The translations under genes and the position numbers were made by a program. Under the pieces are notes generated by a model. The model ran no database searches, was not told the origin of the DNA, and was given only the letters and a program-made list of their open reading frames with translations. DNA of 63,889 nt, counting the filler, from an uncultured Methanosarcinales archaeon (GTDB taxonomy: Archaea; Nanobdellota; Nanobdellia; Woesearchaeales; CAYZNE01), in assembly GCA_964405295.1 (NCBI GenBank). It is 7 parts of 7 records of this genome, joined end to end, with 100 filler letters (N's around TTAATTAATTAA, not from the genome) between each part and the next. Parts side by side here need not be neighbours in the genome. Positions count along the whole stretch, not along the records: positions 14,541 to 24,596 come from CAYONI010000017.1; positions 24,697 to 33,881 come from CAYONI010000018.1; 5 more parts are not named here. The stretch is one strand, 5' to 3'. Below are positions 18,904 through 28,769 of this stretch, piece after piece (the stretch's first letter is position 1; every line of letters begins with the position of its first letter).

Positions 18904-21306
18904 GTGGATAGGAATTCAGAGTTTATTCTATGGTTTGATCAATTGGGTATTGAAGATGTTCCATTAGTCGGTGGAAAAAATGCATCATTGGGTGAAATGT
19001 ATAAAACTCTTAATCCTAAAGGTGTTAATATTCCAAATGGTTTCGCTGTTACCGCATTTGCATATCGTTTTCTTCTAGAAAGGATGGGTATAAGAGATCA
19101 AATCAAGCAGATTCTTTCAGATCTCAATACAAAAGATTTGTATAATCTTCAAGATAGAGGAGAAAAAGTTAGAAGGTTAGTTAGAACAACTGAAATTCCT
19201 GAAAGTTTAAGAAAAGAAATTGTTGAAGCGTATGATCATCTTTGTAAACAATATGGTGATAACACAGATGTTGCAGTAAGAAGTAGTGCAACTGCAGAAG
19301 ATTTGCCTGATGCAAGTTTTGCAGGGCAACAGGATACTTATCTTAATATTCGTGGTGCAGAAGAATTAATAGATTCTTGCAAAAGGTGTTTTGCCTCACT
19401 ATTCACAAATAGGGCAATTTCCTACAGAGAAGATAAGGGATTTGATCATTTTTCAATTGCACTTTCTATTGGTGTGCAAAAAATGGTTAGATCAGATATT
19501 GCCTCCAGCGGGGTAATGTTCTCATTAGATACTGAATCTGGATTTGAGGATGTTGCATTTATTACTGGGGCCTATGGGTTAGGTGAGAATGTTGTTCAGG
19601 GTGCAGTAAATCCTGACGAGTTTTATGTTTTCAAGCCAACATTAAAACAAGGTTTTAAGCCCATTATTTCTAAAAAAGTTGGTAGTAAAGAAATAAAGAT
19701 GATTTACACTAAAGATGGTAAACATCCAACTAAAAATGTTGGTGTTGATCCTGTTCACAGAAAACAATTTTGTATCAGTGACGATGAAATTCTAACTCTA
19801 GCTAATTGGGCTTGTATTATTGAAGATCATTATTCTGAAAAAGCATGCCATCATAAACCAATGGATATGGAATGGGCTAAAGATGGGATAACAAAAGAAT
19901 TATTTATTGTTCAGGCTCGGCCAGAAACAGTTCATAGTCAGAAAAATAAAAACCAACTTGAAGAATATGTTCTAAAAGAGAAATCAAAAGTTCTTGTTGA
20001 AGGAAGAAGTGTTGGTTCAAGAATTGGTGCTGGAAAAGTTAGTGTAATTAAAGATGTTAAAGATATACATGGATTCAAAGAAGGAGAAATTCTTGTTACA
20101 GATATGACTGATCCTGATTGGGAACCAATAATGAAGATTGCCTCTGCTATTGTAACTAATAGAGGTGGAAGGACTTGTCATGCTGCAATTATATCAAGGG
20201 AATTAGGAATTCCCTGTGTTGTTGGAACAAAAAAAGGAACAGAAATACTAACTTCAGGCCAGAAAGTTACTGCTAGTTGCTCTGAAGGGGATGTTGGTAA
20301 AATCTATGAAGGAATATTGAATTTTGAAATAGAAAAACATGACTTAGAAAATCTTCCAGAAACAAAAACAAAGATCATGATGAATGTGGGAAACCCTGAA
20401 GAAGCATTTGAATTTAGTTTTATTCCTAACCAAGGTGTTGGTCTTGCAAGAGAAGAGTTTATTATTAATTCTTACATAAAGATTCATCCATTGGCACTAC
20501 TTCACTTTGATAACGTGCACGGTAAAGACAGAGAAAAAATTGAAGAATTAACTGCTGCCTATGAAGATAAAAAACAGTATTTTATTGACATGCTTGCTCA
20601 AGGAATTGGTAAAATTGCAGCTGCATTTTATCCAAAGAAAGTTATTCTAAGGCTTAGTGATTTCAAAAGTAATGAGTATGCAAATTTAATTGGCGGAGCT
20701 TATTTCGAACCTTCTGAAGATAATCCTATGATTGGATGGAGAGGAGCATCAAGGTATTATGATAAAAATTATAGAGATGCTTTTGCATTAGAATGTGAAG
20801 CAATTAAGAAAGTTAGAGGAGAATATGGTCTAAAGAACGTTATAATAATGATTCCTTTCTGTAGAACAATAGATGAAGCACACAGTGTGATTGCAGAAAT
20901 AGAAAAGTCTGGTTTAAAACATCATAAAGATGGATTACAAATTTATGCAATGTGTGAAATTCCTTCAAATGTTATTCTTGCAGATGAATTCTTAGATATT
21001 TTTGATGGATTTAGTATTGGAAGTAATGATTTAACTCAGTTGATTTTAGGTCTTGATAGAGATTCTGAAATTGTTTCTCATATTTATGATGAAAGAAATC
21101 CTGCAGTTAAGAAATTAATTGCAGAGGTAATTGAGGTTGCAAATAGAAAAGGAAAATATATTGGTATTTGTGGGCAAGCACCTTCTGATTATCCTGAATT
21201 TGCAGAGTTCTTAGTTGAGAAAGGAATTCAATCAATAAGTCTTAATCCAGATACTGTTATCAAGACTACTTTAAAAATTGCAGAGACTGAGAAGAAGTTG
21301 AATTAG
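18904..21306 (+). CDS. ppsA: Phosphoenolpyruvate synthase
   Basis: VGGKNASLGEM, VRSSATAEDLPDASFAGQ, GGRTCHAAI, SIGSNDLTQ. Confidence 0.98.
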   Translation: MDRNSEFILWFDQLGIEDVPLVGGKNASLGEMYKTLNPKGVNIPNGFAVTAFAYRFLLERMGIRDQIKQILSDLNTKDLYNLQDRGEKVRRLVRTTEIPESLRKEIVEAYDHLCKQYGDNTDVAVRSSATAEDLPDASFAGQQDTYLNIRGAEELIDSCKRCFASLFTNRAISYREDKGFDHFSIALSIGVQKMVRSDIASSGVMFSLDTESGFEDVAFITGAYGLGENVVQGAVNPDEFYVFKPTLKQGFKPIISKKVGSKEIKMIYTKDGKHPTKNVGVDPVHRKQFCISDDEILTLANWACIIEDHYSEKACHHKPMDMEWAKDGITKELFIVQARPETVHSQKNKNQLEEYVLKEKSKVLVEGRSVGSRIGAGKVSVIKDVKDIHGFKEGEILVTDMTDPDWEPIMKIASAIVTNRGGRTCHAAIISRELGIPCVVGTKKGTEILTSGQKVTASCSEGDVGKIYEGILNFEIEKHDLENLPETKTKIMMNVGNPEEAFEFSFIPNQGVGLAREEFIINSYIKIHPLALLHFDNVHGKDREKIEELTAAYEDKKQYFIDMLAQGIGKIAAAFYPKKVILRLSDFKSNEYANLIGGAYFEPSEDNPMIGWRGASRYYDKNYRDAFALECEAIKKVRGEYGLKNVIIMIPFCRTIDEAHSVIAEIEKSGLKHHKDGLQIYAMCEIPSNVILADEFLDIFDGFSIGSNDLTQLILGLDRDSEIVSHIYDERNPAVKKLIAEVIEVANRKGKYIGICGQAPSDYPEFAEFLVEKGIQSISLNPDTVIKTTLKIAETEKKLN

Positions 21307-22133
21307 TGTTTTTGCAATTTTATTTTTATTATAATTTTTGTAATATATTCACATAGTGTAGTAAATGACATTCTTAATAATAAACTTACGCTTTGTTTTT
21401 TGGCTGTATCATAAAAAACTTTACCATTGCCTAAGTTGTTTGAAATTATTTTAAACATTTTGTTTTTATTAATTTTTTTTGGGTAAAGTATTTCATAGCA
21501 ATTACCTATTTCTTCTACATGATGAGCATCACTACCTGCACTAAGAAATTTAATTTTTTTTGGGTAATCTGATTTTGGTAAACTTTTTGTTTTGATGATT
21601 TTTTTAATTTTTGTTTTGAAAAAATATTTGAATGGAAATGTATTCATAAAAAAATAGAGATTATCAAACGCGCCATTTGATATTTCAATTGCATTAAGCA
21701 TATTTAGCGATTTCTTATAATCTTTTGTTCCTAATTTATTTATTACTGACGTTAATCCCAAAGTGTATGGGTGTGTGACAAATGCAAATAAGTTAGTCTT
21801 TGATTTTACAAAATCAATTAAATCAAAATATGTTGTTTTAAAAGATTTTAACTCTTTGTAGTCATAAATCTTTTTGCCTAATGAAAAAATTATAATGTCT
21901 ATTCCTTCTTTTGTAATATATTCTACTCCTGGAAAACAGAAACAATTTTTAGGTTTTTCTTTTATCATTAAATCATAAGCTCTTTTGGGATTTTTATACG
22001 AGTGTTCAGTGATTATTACACAATTAATTTCTTTTTTTTGAAACTTTTTCCAAATCTTTTTACATTTTTTTATAGCTTTCTGTTTATTTCTAGATAAATT
22101 TGGATGGAAGTGATAGTCAATTCTTATTTTCAT
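21303..22133 (-). CDS. PHP-domain metallo-phosphoesterase
   Basis: DYHFH, ITEH, PGVE, THPY, GSDAH. Confidence 0.88.
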   Translation of the reverse strand: MKIRIDYHFHPNLSRNKQKAIKKCKKIWKKFQKKEINCVIITEHSYKNPKRAYDLMIKEKPKNCFCFPGVEYITKEGIDIIIFSLGKKIYDYKELKSFKTTYFDLIDFVKSKTNLFAFVTHPYTLGLTSVINKLGTKDYKKSLNMLNAIEISNGAFDNLYFFMNTFPFKYFFKTKIKKIIKTKSLPKSDYPKKIKFLSAGSDAHHVEEIGNCYEILYPKKINKNKMFKIISNNLGNGKVFYDTAKKQSVSLLLRMSFTTLCEYITKIIIKIKLQKH

Positions 22134-22252
22134 TTTTTCTCATTATCAACTAAATGCATTAGTTATTTTTATAATTGCTTAATTTTCTTGTATTAGTAAT
22201 TGTGATTATTGATTAAATAGTTATAAATCTAATTATCAATTAAGAATAGAAT

Positions 22253-22477
22253 TTAATAATTTAAGTTATAACTAGCAGAAGCAATTACCCCAGGATTTTT
22301 TATTTTCTTAAAATAATCAGGATTTGTTTCTTGATCATGCATATTAATGATGATATTTTCTTTTACGTTAAATTTATCTAAATCACAAAGATTCATATCT
22401 ATTATAACATACCCTCTTTTGGTTTCTTCTTCATTCACTTTATCTTTTAGTCTCATTCTAAACTTTCTTAGTTCCAA
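22253..22477 (-). CDS. Hypothetical protein
   Basis: 74-aa ORF overlapping the glyS end; GGGGAG upstream. Confidence 0.5.
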   Translation of the reverse strand: MELRKFRMRLKDKVNEEETKRGYVIIDMNLCDLDKFNVKENIIINMHDQETNPDYFKKIKNPGVIASASYNLNY

Positions 22478-23966
22478 TAATTAACTCCCCTAAAAAACTA
22501 TCCAGTTCAGATATTTTCACTCTGACTTGTTTCTCTGTCTCACGATCACGAACTGTAACTGTATTATCTTTGATAGTATCATAATCTATTGTTATGCAGA
22601 ATGGAGTTCCGCTTTCACCTTCTCTAAGATATCTTTTTCCAATACTTCCAGCAGCATCATATCTAACAATATAATTTTTATTCAATAGTTCATAAACTTC
22701 AGTTGCTTTAGAAATAAGTTCTGGTTTTTTCATCAGGGGAAAGATTGCTGCTTTTACAGGTGCGATTCCAACAGGAATACTAAAAACATTTTTACCATCG
22801 TCAATATTCTTTTTTTCATAGAACATATCTAACAAAGCAAATACGGGTCTATCAATACCAAACGCGATTTCTATTACATGGGGAAATTCTCTTTTTCCTG
22901 TGGTTTCATTAAGAACATCCAGATTAACTTTAGAAAATTTAGCGTGTTGCTTAAGATCATAATCTGTTCTGTCATGAATACCTACAATTTCATACCAACC
23001 AAAAGTATTTAATTTAAATTCAATATCCCACGCGTCGTCGGCATAGAAGGCTTTTTCATCATCTCTGTGTTGTCTTAATCTTATTCTATCAATTGGGAAT
23101 CCTAATTCTAGAAATATACTACAGGTTAGACCAAATGCATAGGCATATGCTTTATTTTTTAGGTATTTTTTATCATATAGTTTACCAACAGTCCATTTAT
23201 TAGAGGTCATTTCTTTTCCTTTTTGATCATCTTTGGTTATTGCATTAATTTCAATATCTTTAAGTTTATCAAAACCAGAAAACTTATCTTTATCGTCTTT
23301 AAACACAACCAGTTGTGCTTCCGCTTGTGTAAACTCACGCATTCTCATCATTAATTGTCGAGGACTAATCTCATTTCTAAATGCTTTACCAATTTGAAAT
23401 ATTCCAAAAGGAACTTTACTTCTAAAAAATTCTACATATCTCTTAAATGGTAAATATGTTGTGGTTGCAGTTTCTGGCCGACAATAAGCCTCTTTATCTA
23501 CACCAACATTTGTTTTCATCATAAGATCATGTTTTTTTAGTTCAGAAATGAATCTTCCCTTGCAACTGGGGCAGGTAATCTTTTTATCCTCAATAATCTT
23601 TAAGATATCCTCTTTTTTAAAATTTAAATCAGGAAATAAATCTTCAATCAGATTGTCTGCTCTAAATAACGCACTGCATTTAGAACATTTAATTAAGGGG
23701 TCTGTAAAACCTGCTAAGTGCCCTGATGCTTCCCAAACTTCTTTTGGTTGAAGAATCGGTGCTTCTATCTCCCAGAAATTTTCCTGTTGAAACTTTTTTC
23801 TTATAAAGTTCTCTACATTGTTCTTTAGTAGCTTTCCAAGAGGACCATAAGTGTAAAAACCAGCCATTCCACCATATATTTCAGGAGAAGGACCCCAGAT
23901 AAAGCCTTTGTTCTGTAAGAATTCCATTAAATCTTGAAGTAATTGTTTATTATTTTTATTTACCAT
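22458..23966 (-). CDS. glyS: Glycine--tRNA ligase (archaeal/eukaryotic type)
   Basis: RPETA, QIGKAFRNEISPRQ, RMREFTQAE, PHVIEIAFGIDR, anticodon-binding domain. Confidence 0.97.
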   Translation of the reverse strand: MVNKNNKQLLQDLMEFLQNKGFIWGPSPEIYGGMAGFYTYGPLGKLLKNNVENFIRKKFQQENFWEIEAPILQPKEVWEASGHLAGFTDPLIKCSKCSALFRADNLIEDLFPDLNFKKEDILKIIEDKKITCPSCKGRFISELKKHDLMMKTNVGVDKEAYCRPETATTTYLPFKRYVEFFRSKVPFGIFQIGKAFRNEISPRQLMMRMREFTQAEAQLVVFKDDKDKFSGFDKLKDIEINAITKDDQKGKEMTSNKWTVGKLYDKKYLKNKAYAYAFGLTCSIFLELGFPIDRIRLRQHRDDEKAFYADDAWDIEFKLNTFGWYEIVGIHDRTDYDLKQHAKFSKVNLDVLNETTGKREFPHVIEIAFGIDRPVFALLDMFYEKKNIDDGKNVFSIPVGIAPVKAAIFPLMKKPELISKATEVYELLNKNYIVRYDAAGSIGKRYLREGESGTPFCITIDYDTIKDNTVTVRDRETEKQVRVKISELDSFLGELIIGTKKV

Positions 23967-24337
23967 AGTAATAATCTAGTTAGATGTTCTATTTTAATAC
24001 TTTTTTGTTTATACCGTTCTTAATCAACCACAATCTTTATAAATGAATCGAGGTTCGCTATGTCTACACTTAAAACTAAGTGTTCTATCATCTCCAAACA
24101 CGTTTAACGTGTAACTAGTAAAAGCAGTGAATTTTCATTGTTTTGAAAAAAGATTTTGCATGAACTATTTTGTTCTATGCAAATTTGATATTCCAAAATT
24201 CATAAAAAAATTTTGGTTAGTAGGAAAATTTATAGAAACACTTTTTTTGACGAAAAGTGTGTGTACTATATACTCTAAATATATAAACAACCCACAATTC
24301 CATAAAGGCGAAAAGTACGTTAAGGATTAGTATAAAA

Positions 24338-24596
24338 ATACCCGTTGATCCTGCGGGAGATTGCTGCTATGGGGATTCGACTAAGCCATGCAAGTCTTCT
24401 AGCAATAGAGGCGGAATGCTCAGTAACACGTCATTAACATGCCCTAGAGTCGGGGATACCCTTGGGAAACTAAGGTTAATACCCGATAGGGAAAAAAATC
24501 TGGAATGATTTTTTCTTCAAACTCGAGCTCTAGGATTGGATGGCGGCTGATTAGGCTGTTGGTGAGGTAATGGCTCACCAAACCTGTGATCAGTAC
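24338..24596 (+). rRNA. 16S rRNA, archaeal, 5' fragment
   Basis: CCCGTTGATCCTGCGGGA start, CTAAGCCATGCAAGTC, GCTCAGTAACACG, GATTAGGCTGTTGGTGAGGTAATGGCTCACCAA. Confidence 0.96.
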
Positions 24597-24798
24597 NNNN
24601 NNNNNNNNNNNNNNNNNNNNNNNNNNNNNNNNNNNNNNNNTTAATTAATTAANNNNNNNNNNNNNNNNNNNNNNNNNNNNNNNNNNNNNNNNNNNNTTCA
24701 TCCATACTATTTTCGTGCTAATTTTGCTCCGTCTATATTTATTATTCTAAAACCAGAGTCATTCTTTTCGAATTCAACTACCATACAGTCGCCAATTC

Positions 24799-24952
24799 CT
24801 CCCCTAGTCGGTCCAGAACTTTTAGAAATCAAGCTCTATAAGGGTTTCTGGGGTGCTTTTTGAGAATCAATTTGATACCTCTTGGTCGGGGGTATCTTAG
24901 ATTATTTTACCATAAAATGAGACAAACGAGACACTACCTAGGGATATATTTT
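24799..24952 (-). repeat. ~155-bp non-coding direct repeat, copy 1 (promoter plus structured leader/ncRNA)
   Basis: Aligns along its length with 28604-28769; contains TGGTAAAAT extended -10 on the minus strand. Confidence 0.9.
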
Positions 24953-25063
24953 CGTTTCTCCTTTTTAAATTATTCTACGCCTGTACTCTCGCTTGACTAA
25001 CTAATTTCAACGCGACTATGAAACCAACACAACAAAACTTTTGCAATGACTATCCATTATGTC

Positions 25064-25831
25064 TTATGTTTTTTGATTTCTTTTTTTCTTATCCCCTATT
25101 AGGTTTTCTATTACTGTATCCAGATCTTTTACTGGTTGCTTCTCAAAATTAATATAAGAAATCACCGAGAAATCCAACTTGTTAAACAAAAGCCCTATAA
25201 AGCTTTTCACAATATTCAACAGAACTCTAATCTCTCTGGCGCTTGTTTTTACTTTAATCTCTTCAATATCATCGTGTGCTAGATATGTATTCCTATATAC
25301 TATTAATTTCTTAATAAGCACTTCGTTTCTATTCAGCCTCTTTTTGATTTTTCTCAAATCGGCCAATGATAATTGTTTATACCTTGCAAACAATTCTGGT
25401 AAAATTTTTCTATCCTTATGATATGTTAAAAAATCTTGTTTTGTTAATTTGGAAATGTTCTTTTCTGCATAATTTAGCACCTGATATAATGTTAACGATT
25501 TTTTGTGCGGATCAAAAAATTTAGCGAGTTCAATTAAAGAGTGACACCTCGCTGATTCTTTTATTGTAAGGAAAAAATACCTAAAATTATTAAAAGTTTT
25601 TACACTCTTTTCTGCTCTCTTTTCGCCAACCCTATTAGGGGCAGCTAATTCCCTAAATCTTTCAAAGATACTAAAGGCGGCTAGAGTCTGTAAGTATCTA
25701 TGTCGTAATCGTTTTGCATAATCAAATAAAGTTTGGAACTCTTGGTTCATATTTAAAATATTTAAGATTTTCGAGTTTTTTGTTGACTGATTAGGATTCA
25801 TATTTCTTGAATAGATCTCGTATCTATTCAT
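25064..25831 (-). CDS. HEPN (AbiU2-like) RNase domain protein
   Basis: Helical protein with IELAKFFD..SLTL and YRNTYLAH (Rx5H); true start may be an internal Met. Confidence 0.75.
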   Translation of the reverse strand: MNRYEIYSRNMNPNQSTKNSKILNILNMNQEFQTLFDYAKRLRHRYLQTLAAFSIFERFRELAAPNRVGEKRAEKSVKTFNNFRYFFLTIKESARCHSLIELAKFFDPHKKSLTLYQVLNYAEKNISKLTKQDFLTYHKDRKILPELFARYKQLSLADLRKIKKRLNRNEVLIKKLIVYRNTYLAHDDIEEIKVKTSAREIRVLLNIVKSFIGLLFNKLDFSVISYINFEKQPVKDLDTVIENLIGDKKKRNQKT

Positions 25832-25834
25832 CTT

Positions 25835-26533
25835 CTACTGTTCGCTTGGCAATATGAAATCTCTTTTCGACCAAGCAACCGTTGGATAGACGCGAATCAT
25901 AACATTAAATTTATTTTCCTCATTATACGAAATCAATATCTCGGAATCTGTATTTCTCAAATCAAGACCAAGTAACATTTTATTTATTTTACGGAAATTT
26001 ACACCCGACAAGTTACCATCTTTTGACTCAAGCGTTACCAATAAATTTGTTTTTCCAAGAGTATTGCCGTAGTGTAATAGTTTTTCTTGCAAAAATTTAA
26101 ACAAGTCATCTGTCTGTAATATATTACGATATCTTTTGAGCTGAAATATTCTAGCTCTGCTAGAAGTTATAACAATAAAATCGTTCAATGTATTCTCTTC
26201 ACATACTTCCTTTAAATCTACAAGATTATTTATTTCTATGTTTAAAGAAACGCCATTCTTTAATTCAAAACAAATTTCACAATCTTTCTCGTAAAAATTG
26301 CTAAAAACATATAGCACTAAAAATATCTCGCAATCTTCTTTATTTCGTACAAGTTCTACCTTTTTTGTAAACTCTAACATTTTTGCTCCGTTGCCGCGAA
26401 AATCATCAAGCGTATATCCTTGTTTACTGATTTGTTCCGATAGAATCCTTCTTCCTGTAATTTTAAACAAATCTTTTAATTCATTTCTTGACATGCATAG
26501 AATATTTTTACCCTCCAATTTTTTACAATTCAC
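25835..26533 (-). CDS. Hypothetical protein, possible PD-(D/E)xK nuclease fold
   Basis: E...NDFIV...IFQLKRY pattern. Confidence 0.45.
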   Translation of the reverse strand: MNCKKLEGKNILCMSRNELKDLFKITGRRILSEQISKQGYTLDDFRGNGAKMLEFTKKVELVRNKEDCEIFLVLYVFSNFYEKDCEICFELKNGVSLNIEINNLVDLKEVCEENTLNDFIVITSSRARIFQLKRYRNILQTDDLFKFLQEKLLHYGNTLGKTNLLVTLESKDGNLSGVNFRKINKMLLGLDLRNTDSEILISYNEENKFNVMIRVYPTVAWSKRDFILPSEQ

Positions 26534-26542
26534 AATTATTTT

Positions 26543-26642
26543 TTATTAACCTTAATAAACCTTTGTCTTTTTTGATTTATATCTTTGAGGGTTTACTCTT
26601 CTATCAATTTTGAGAAGTAATTCAAAGAATCCCAACAGATTC
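26543..26642 (-). pseudogene. 5'-truncated remnant of the 30104-30307 small gene
   Basis: Translates NLLGFFELLLKIDRRVNPQRYKSKK versus NLLGFFDLLLKIDRRVNPQEYKSKK. Confidence 0.85.
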
Positions 26643-26698
26643 TTTTTTGCTCTTTTGCTTTTCGGGCTTTATCCAATTTTTTTCAACGGACGAGCAGT

Positions 26699-28108
26699 TT
26701 AATATTTTGTATCTACATAATAACCCGATCTGCCCCCACATGGATAGCCACTTTTGTCTTTGTGTGCTCTGATGCTATTGTCATGCTTGGTTTTGGGGAA
26801 TTTTCGCCCACAATAATTACACTGATAAATATACTTTGGCCCGTACGATGAAGGTCTTGATGCTCTCGTTGCGCCAAATGCTTTACGGGTCCGTAGCGCA
26901 GGTGTTGGTTTGTTTGGGTCAAACAAATATGGATTTTCGGGTGTTTCGCCTGCCTTTGATACTTCAATCGGAAAGCGTGGCTCAAATTTTTCTTCTGTGT
27001 TCTCAATTGACTCAATCCTTCCTGCAACAAAACACCGAACGCCCGGCTCGTTATCCTCACCACTTTTGTTGTAAACATAAAAATATTCTCTCTTCGCCCC
27101 GGTTCTCCGCTGTAAATATTTCAGGGAGTACGGCTCAACGATTCTGTCCGCGCCTTTGTAGCGAATTTTCAAAAGCGTTTGGTCTCTACCTGCTTTCATT
27201 ATAGGTACCCTTAACTCCGGACCGAAATATGCGAATTCGATAAATCCATTGTCAGGGTAAATACTAAAAAGAATTTTAAGGTCGGCAAGAAGTACATCAA
27301 TTGCTTCTTCAACACCGAAAATAAATTGTTTGGCACAGACAATGGATTTATCCCAGTATTCTTTGAAATAATCAAAAGGTGTTTCGTGCAAAATTCCTTT
27401 CAAAACGTGGGGATTTTTGCTAAAAATTGTTTTTTCTACAAGAGCTTGGACAACCTCCTTTTTGTTTAATTCGCCACCAAGCAATTTGACTGAGTACGCA
27501 TAATCAAATAAATCGGGAACATGTTGTCTTTGCAAAAGACACTTTAATTTAGTGGCGATAATTTCTTCCAATTTCATACACCGTATTTTACAAACAAGTC
27601 CGGCATTGTCAGAGTATGGATGAATCAGATCAACAGCTTGTATGGGCAACAAAACTTTATCAAAGCGGGTTATATCCATTGATACCCGAATTGTTATATG
27701 CTCGGATTTTCCATAAAAATCTTTGAAGTAAATCCGCGCTTCATATACACGCAACCCCGGGATAGGTACATTAGTAGCAGTAAATTTTTCTTCAACCCTA
27801 TTGTCCTCTTTCACAAACATAACTTCTGCTTTTTCTTGGATAAAATCACAAACTTTATTCATTTCTTTGAGCAGAACATTTTGTTCTATATCGTCAGGAA
27901 TACCAAAATCTAAATCAGATGAAAAACGAGTATTCTTGAAATACCCTTTCCGCAAAGCATTTCCACCTTTAAGAAAGATGGTATCTTTTAGGTTGCTTGC
28001 TGTAAAAATCCCGAAAATAAACCAGCCAAAAACATAATCACGCTGAACATTTGCTTCGTGAATTTCAAACTCTTTTGCTTTTTTCTCAATCTCGTCTTTT
28101 TTAATCAT
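26699..28108 (-). CDS. AbiEii-family nucleotidyltransferase fused to a WYL domain and C-terminal Zn finger
   Basis: FLKGGNALRKGYF..RFSSDLDF, EEIIATKL, DLFD; WYL-like IRYKGADRIVEPYSL...VRCFVAGRIESIE; CNYC...H...C. Confidence 0.85.
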   Translation of the reverse strand: MIKKDEIEKKAKEFEIHEANVQRDYVFGWFIFGIFTASNLKDTIFLKGGNALRKGYFKNTRFSSDLDFGIPDDIEQNVLLKEMNKVCDFIQEKAEVMFVKEDNRVEEKFTATNVPIPGLRVYEARIYFKDFYGKSEHITIRVSMDITRFDKVLLPIQAVDLIHPYSDNAGLVCKIRCMKLEEIIATKLKCLLQRQHVPDLFDYAYSVKLLGGELNKKEVVQALVEKTIFSKNPHVLKGILHETPFDYFKEYWDKSIVCAKQFIFGVEEAIDVLLADLKILFSIYPDNGFIEFAYFGPELRVPIMKAGRDQTLLKIRYKGADRIVEPYSLKYLQRRTGAKREYFYVYNKSGEDNEPGVRCFVAGRIESIENTEEKFEPRFPIEVSKAGETPENPYLFDPNKPTPALRTRKAFGATRASRPSSYGPKYIYQCNYCGRKFPKTKHDNSIRAHKDKSGYPCGGRSGYYVDTKY

Positions 28109-28131
28109 GCTTGGTTAAATTCGGTTTTAAT

Positions 28132-28392
28132 TTAAGAATAAATACAGAAGCCACCATAAATATTCCAATAATCACAGACGTTCCAAATTTCGCTGTTTAG
28201 GCGAATAACGATAAGCGGATTGAAAAGCACTGCAAGAAATCCAAAAATCCAAATCCACTTCTTTTTTTGCGCTTCATACGCCATCCATGTGACATGCGCC
28301 GAGCTTACAAACACAACAGACCGCAGGAGCGTAAAAACCCCGTAAGGCCAGCCGTCAAACAGGGCAACAAACAAAAAGACGGCGGCGATACC
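28132..28392 (-). pseudogene. DUF6804-like membrane protein, probably degraded
   Basis: WPYGVFTLLRSVV...LAVLFNPL; no proper start and aberrant C-terminus. Confidence 0.6.
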
Positions 28393-28543
28393 TAATATCT
28401 CTCCAACAATTTATTATTTGAGTAATTATTGTCGATAGGACTCCAGAACCTATGATAGATAATGTAATTATTGTTGTTGTTTCCATGTTCTAAAATTTAT
28501 TTTACTTACTTTTAGAATAATCCTATTTTTGAGAAGTTCAAGA

Positions 28544-28571
28544 GAAATAAAAAACCCAGCTTATTGCTGGG
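28544..28571 (-). terminator. Rho-independent terminator
   Basis: Minus strand CCCAGC-aataa-GCTGGG followed by TTTTTTATTTC. Confidence 0.8.
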
Positions 28572-28603
28572 CCTCTCGGTCGCTCGAACTGAGCACTAGC
28601 CTG

Positions 28604-28769
28604 CTCCCCTAGTCGGTCTAGAACCTTTCGAAATCAAGCCCCATAAGGGTTTCTGGGATACTTTTTGGGGATCAATTTGATGCCTCTCGGTCGGGGGGGG
28701 GGGGGGGGTATCTTTGATTATTTTACCATAAAATGAGACAAATGAGACACTACTTAGGGATATTTTTTT
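28604..28769 (-). repeat. Non-coding direct repeat, copy 2
   Basis: Homolog of 24799-24952 with G16 in place of G5; its edge overlaps the stop of the PIN-like gene. Confidence 0.9.

Noticed and set aside
24127..24330. 67-aa ORF upstream of 16S rRNA
   Set aside because: Lies in the rRNA promoter/leader region with no coding features.
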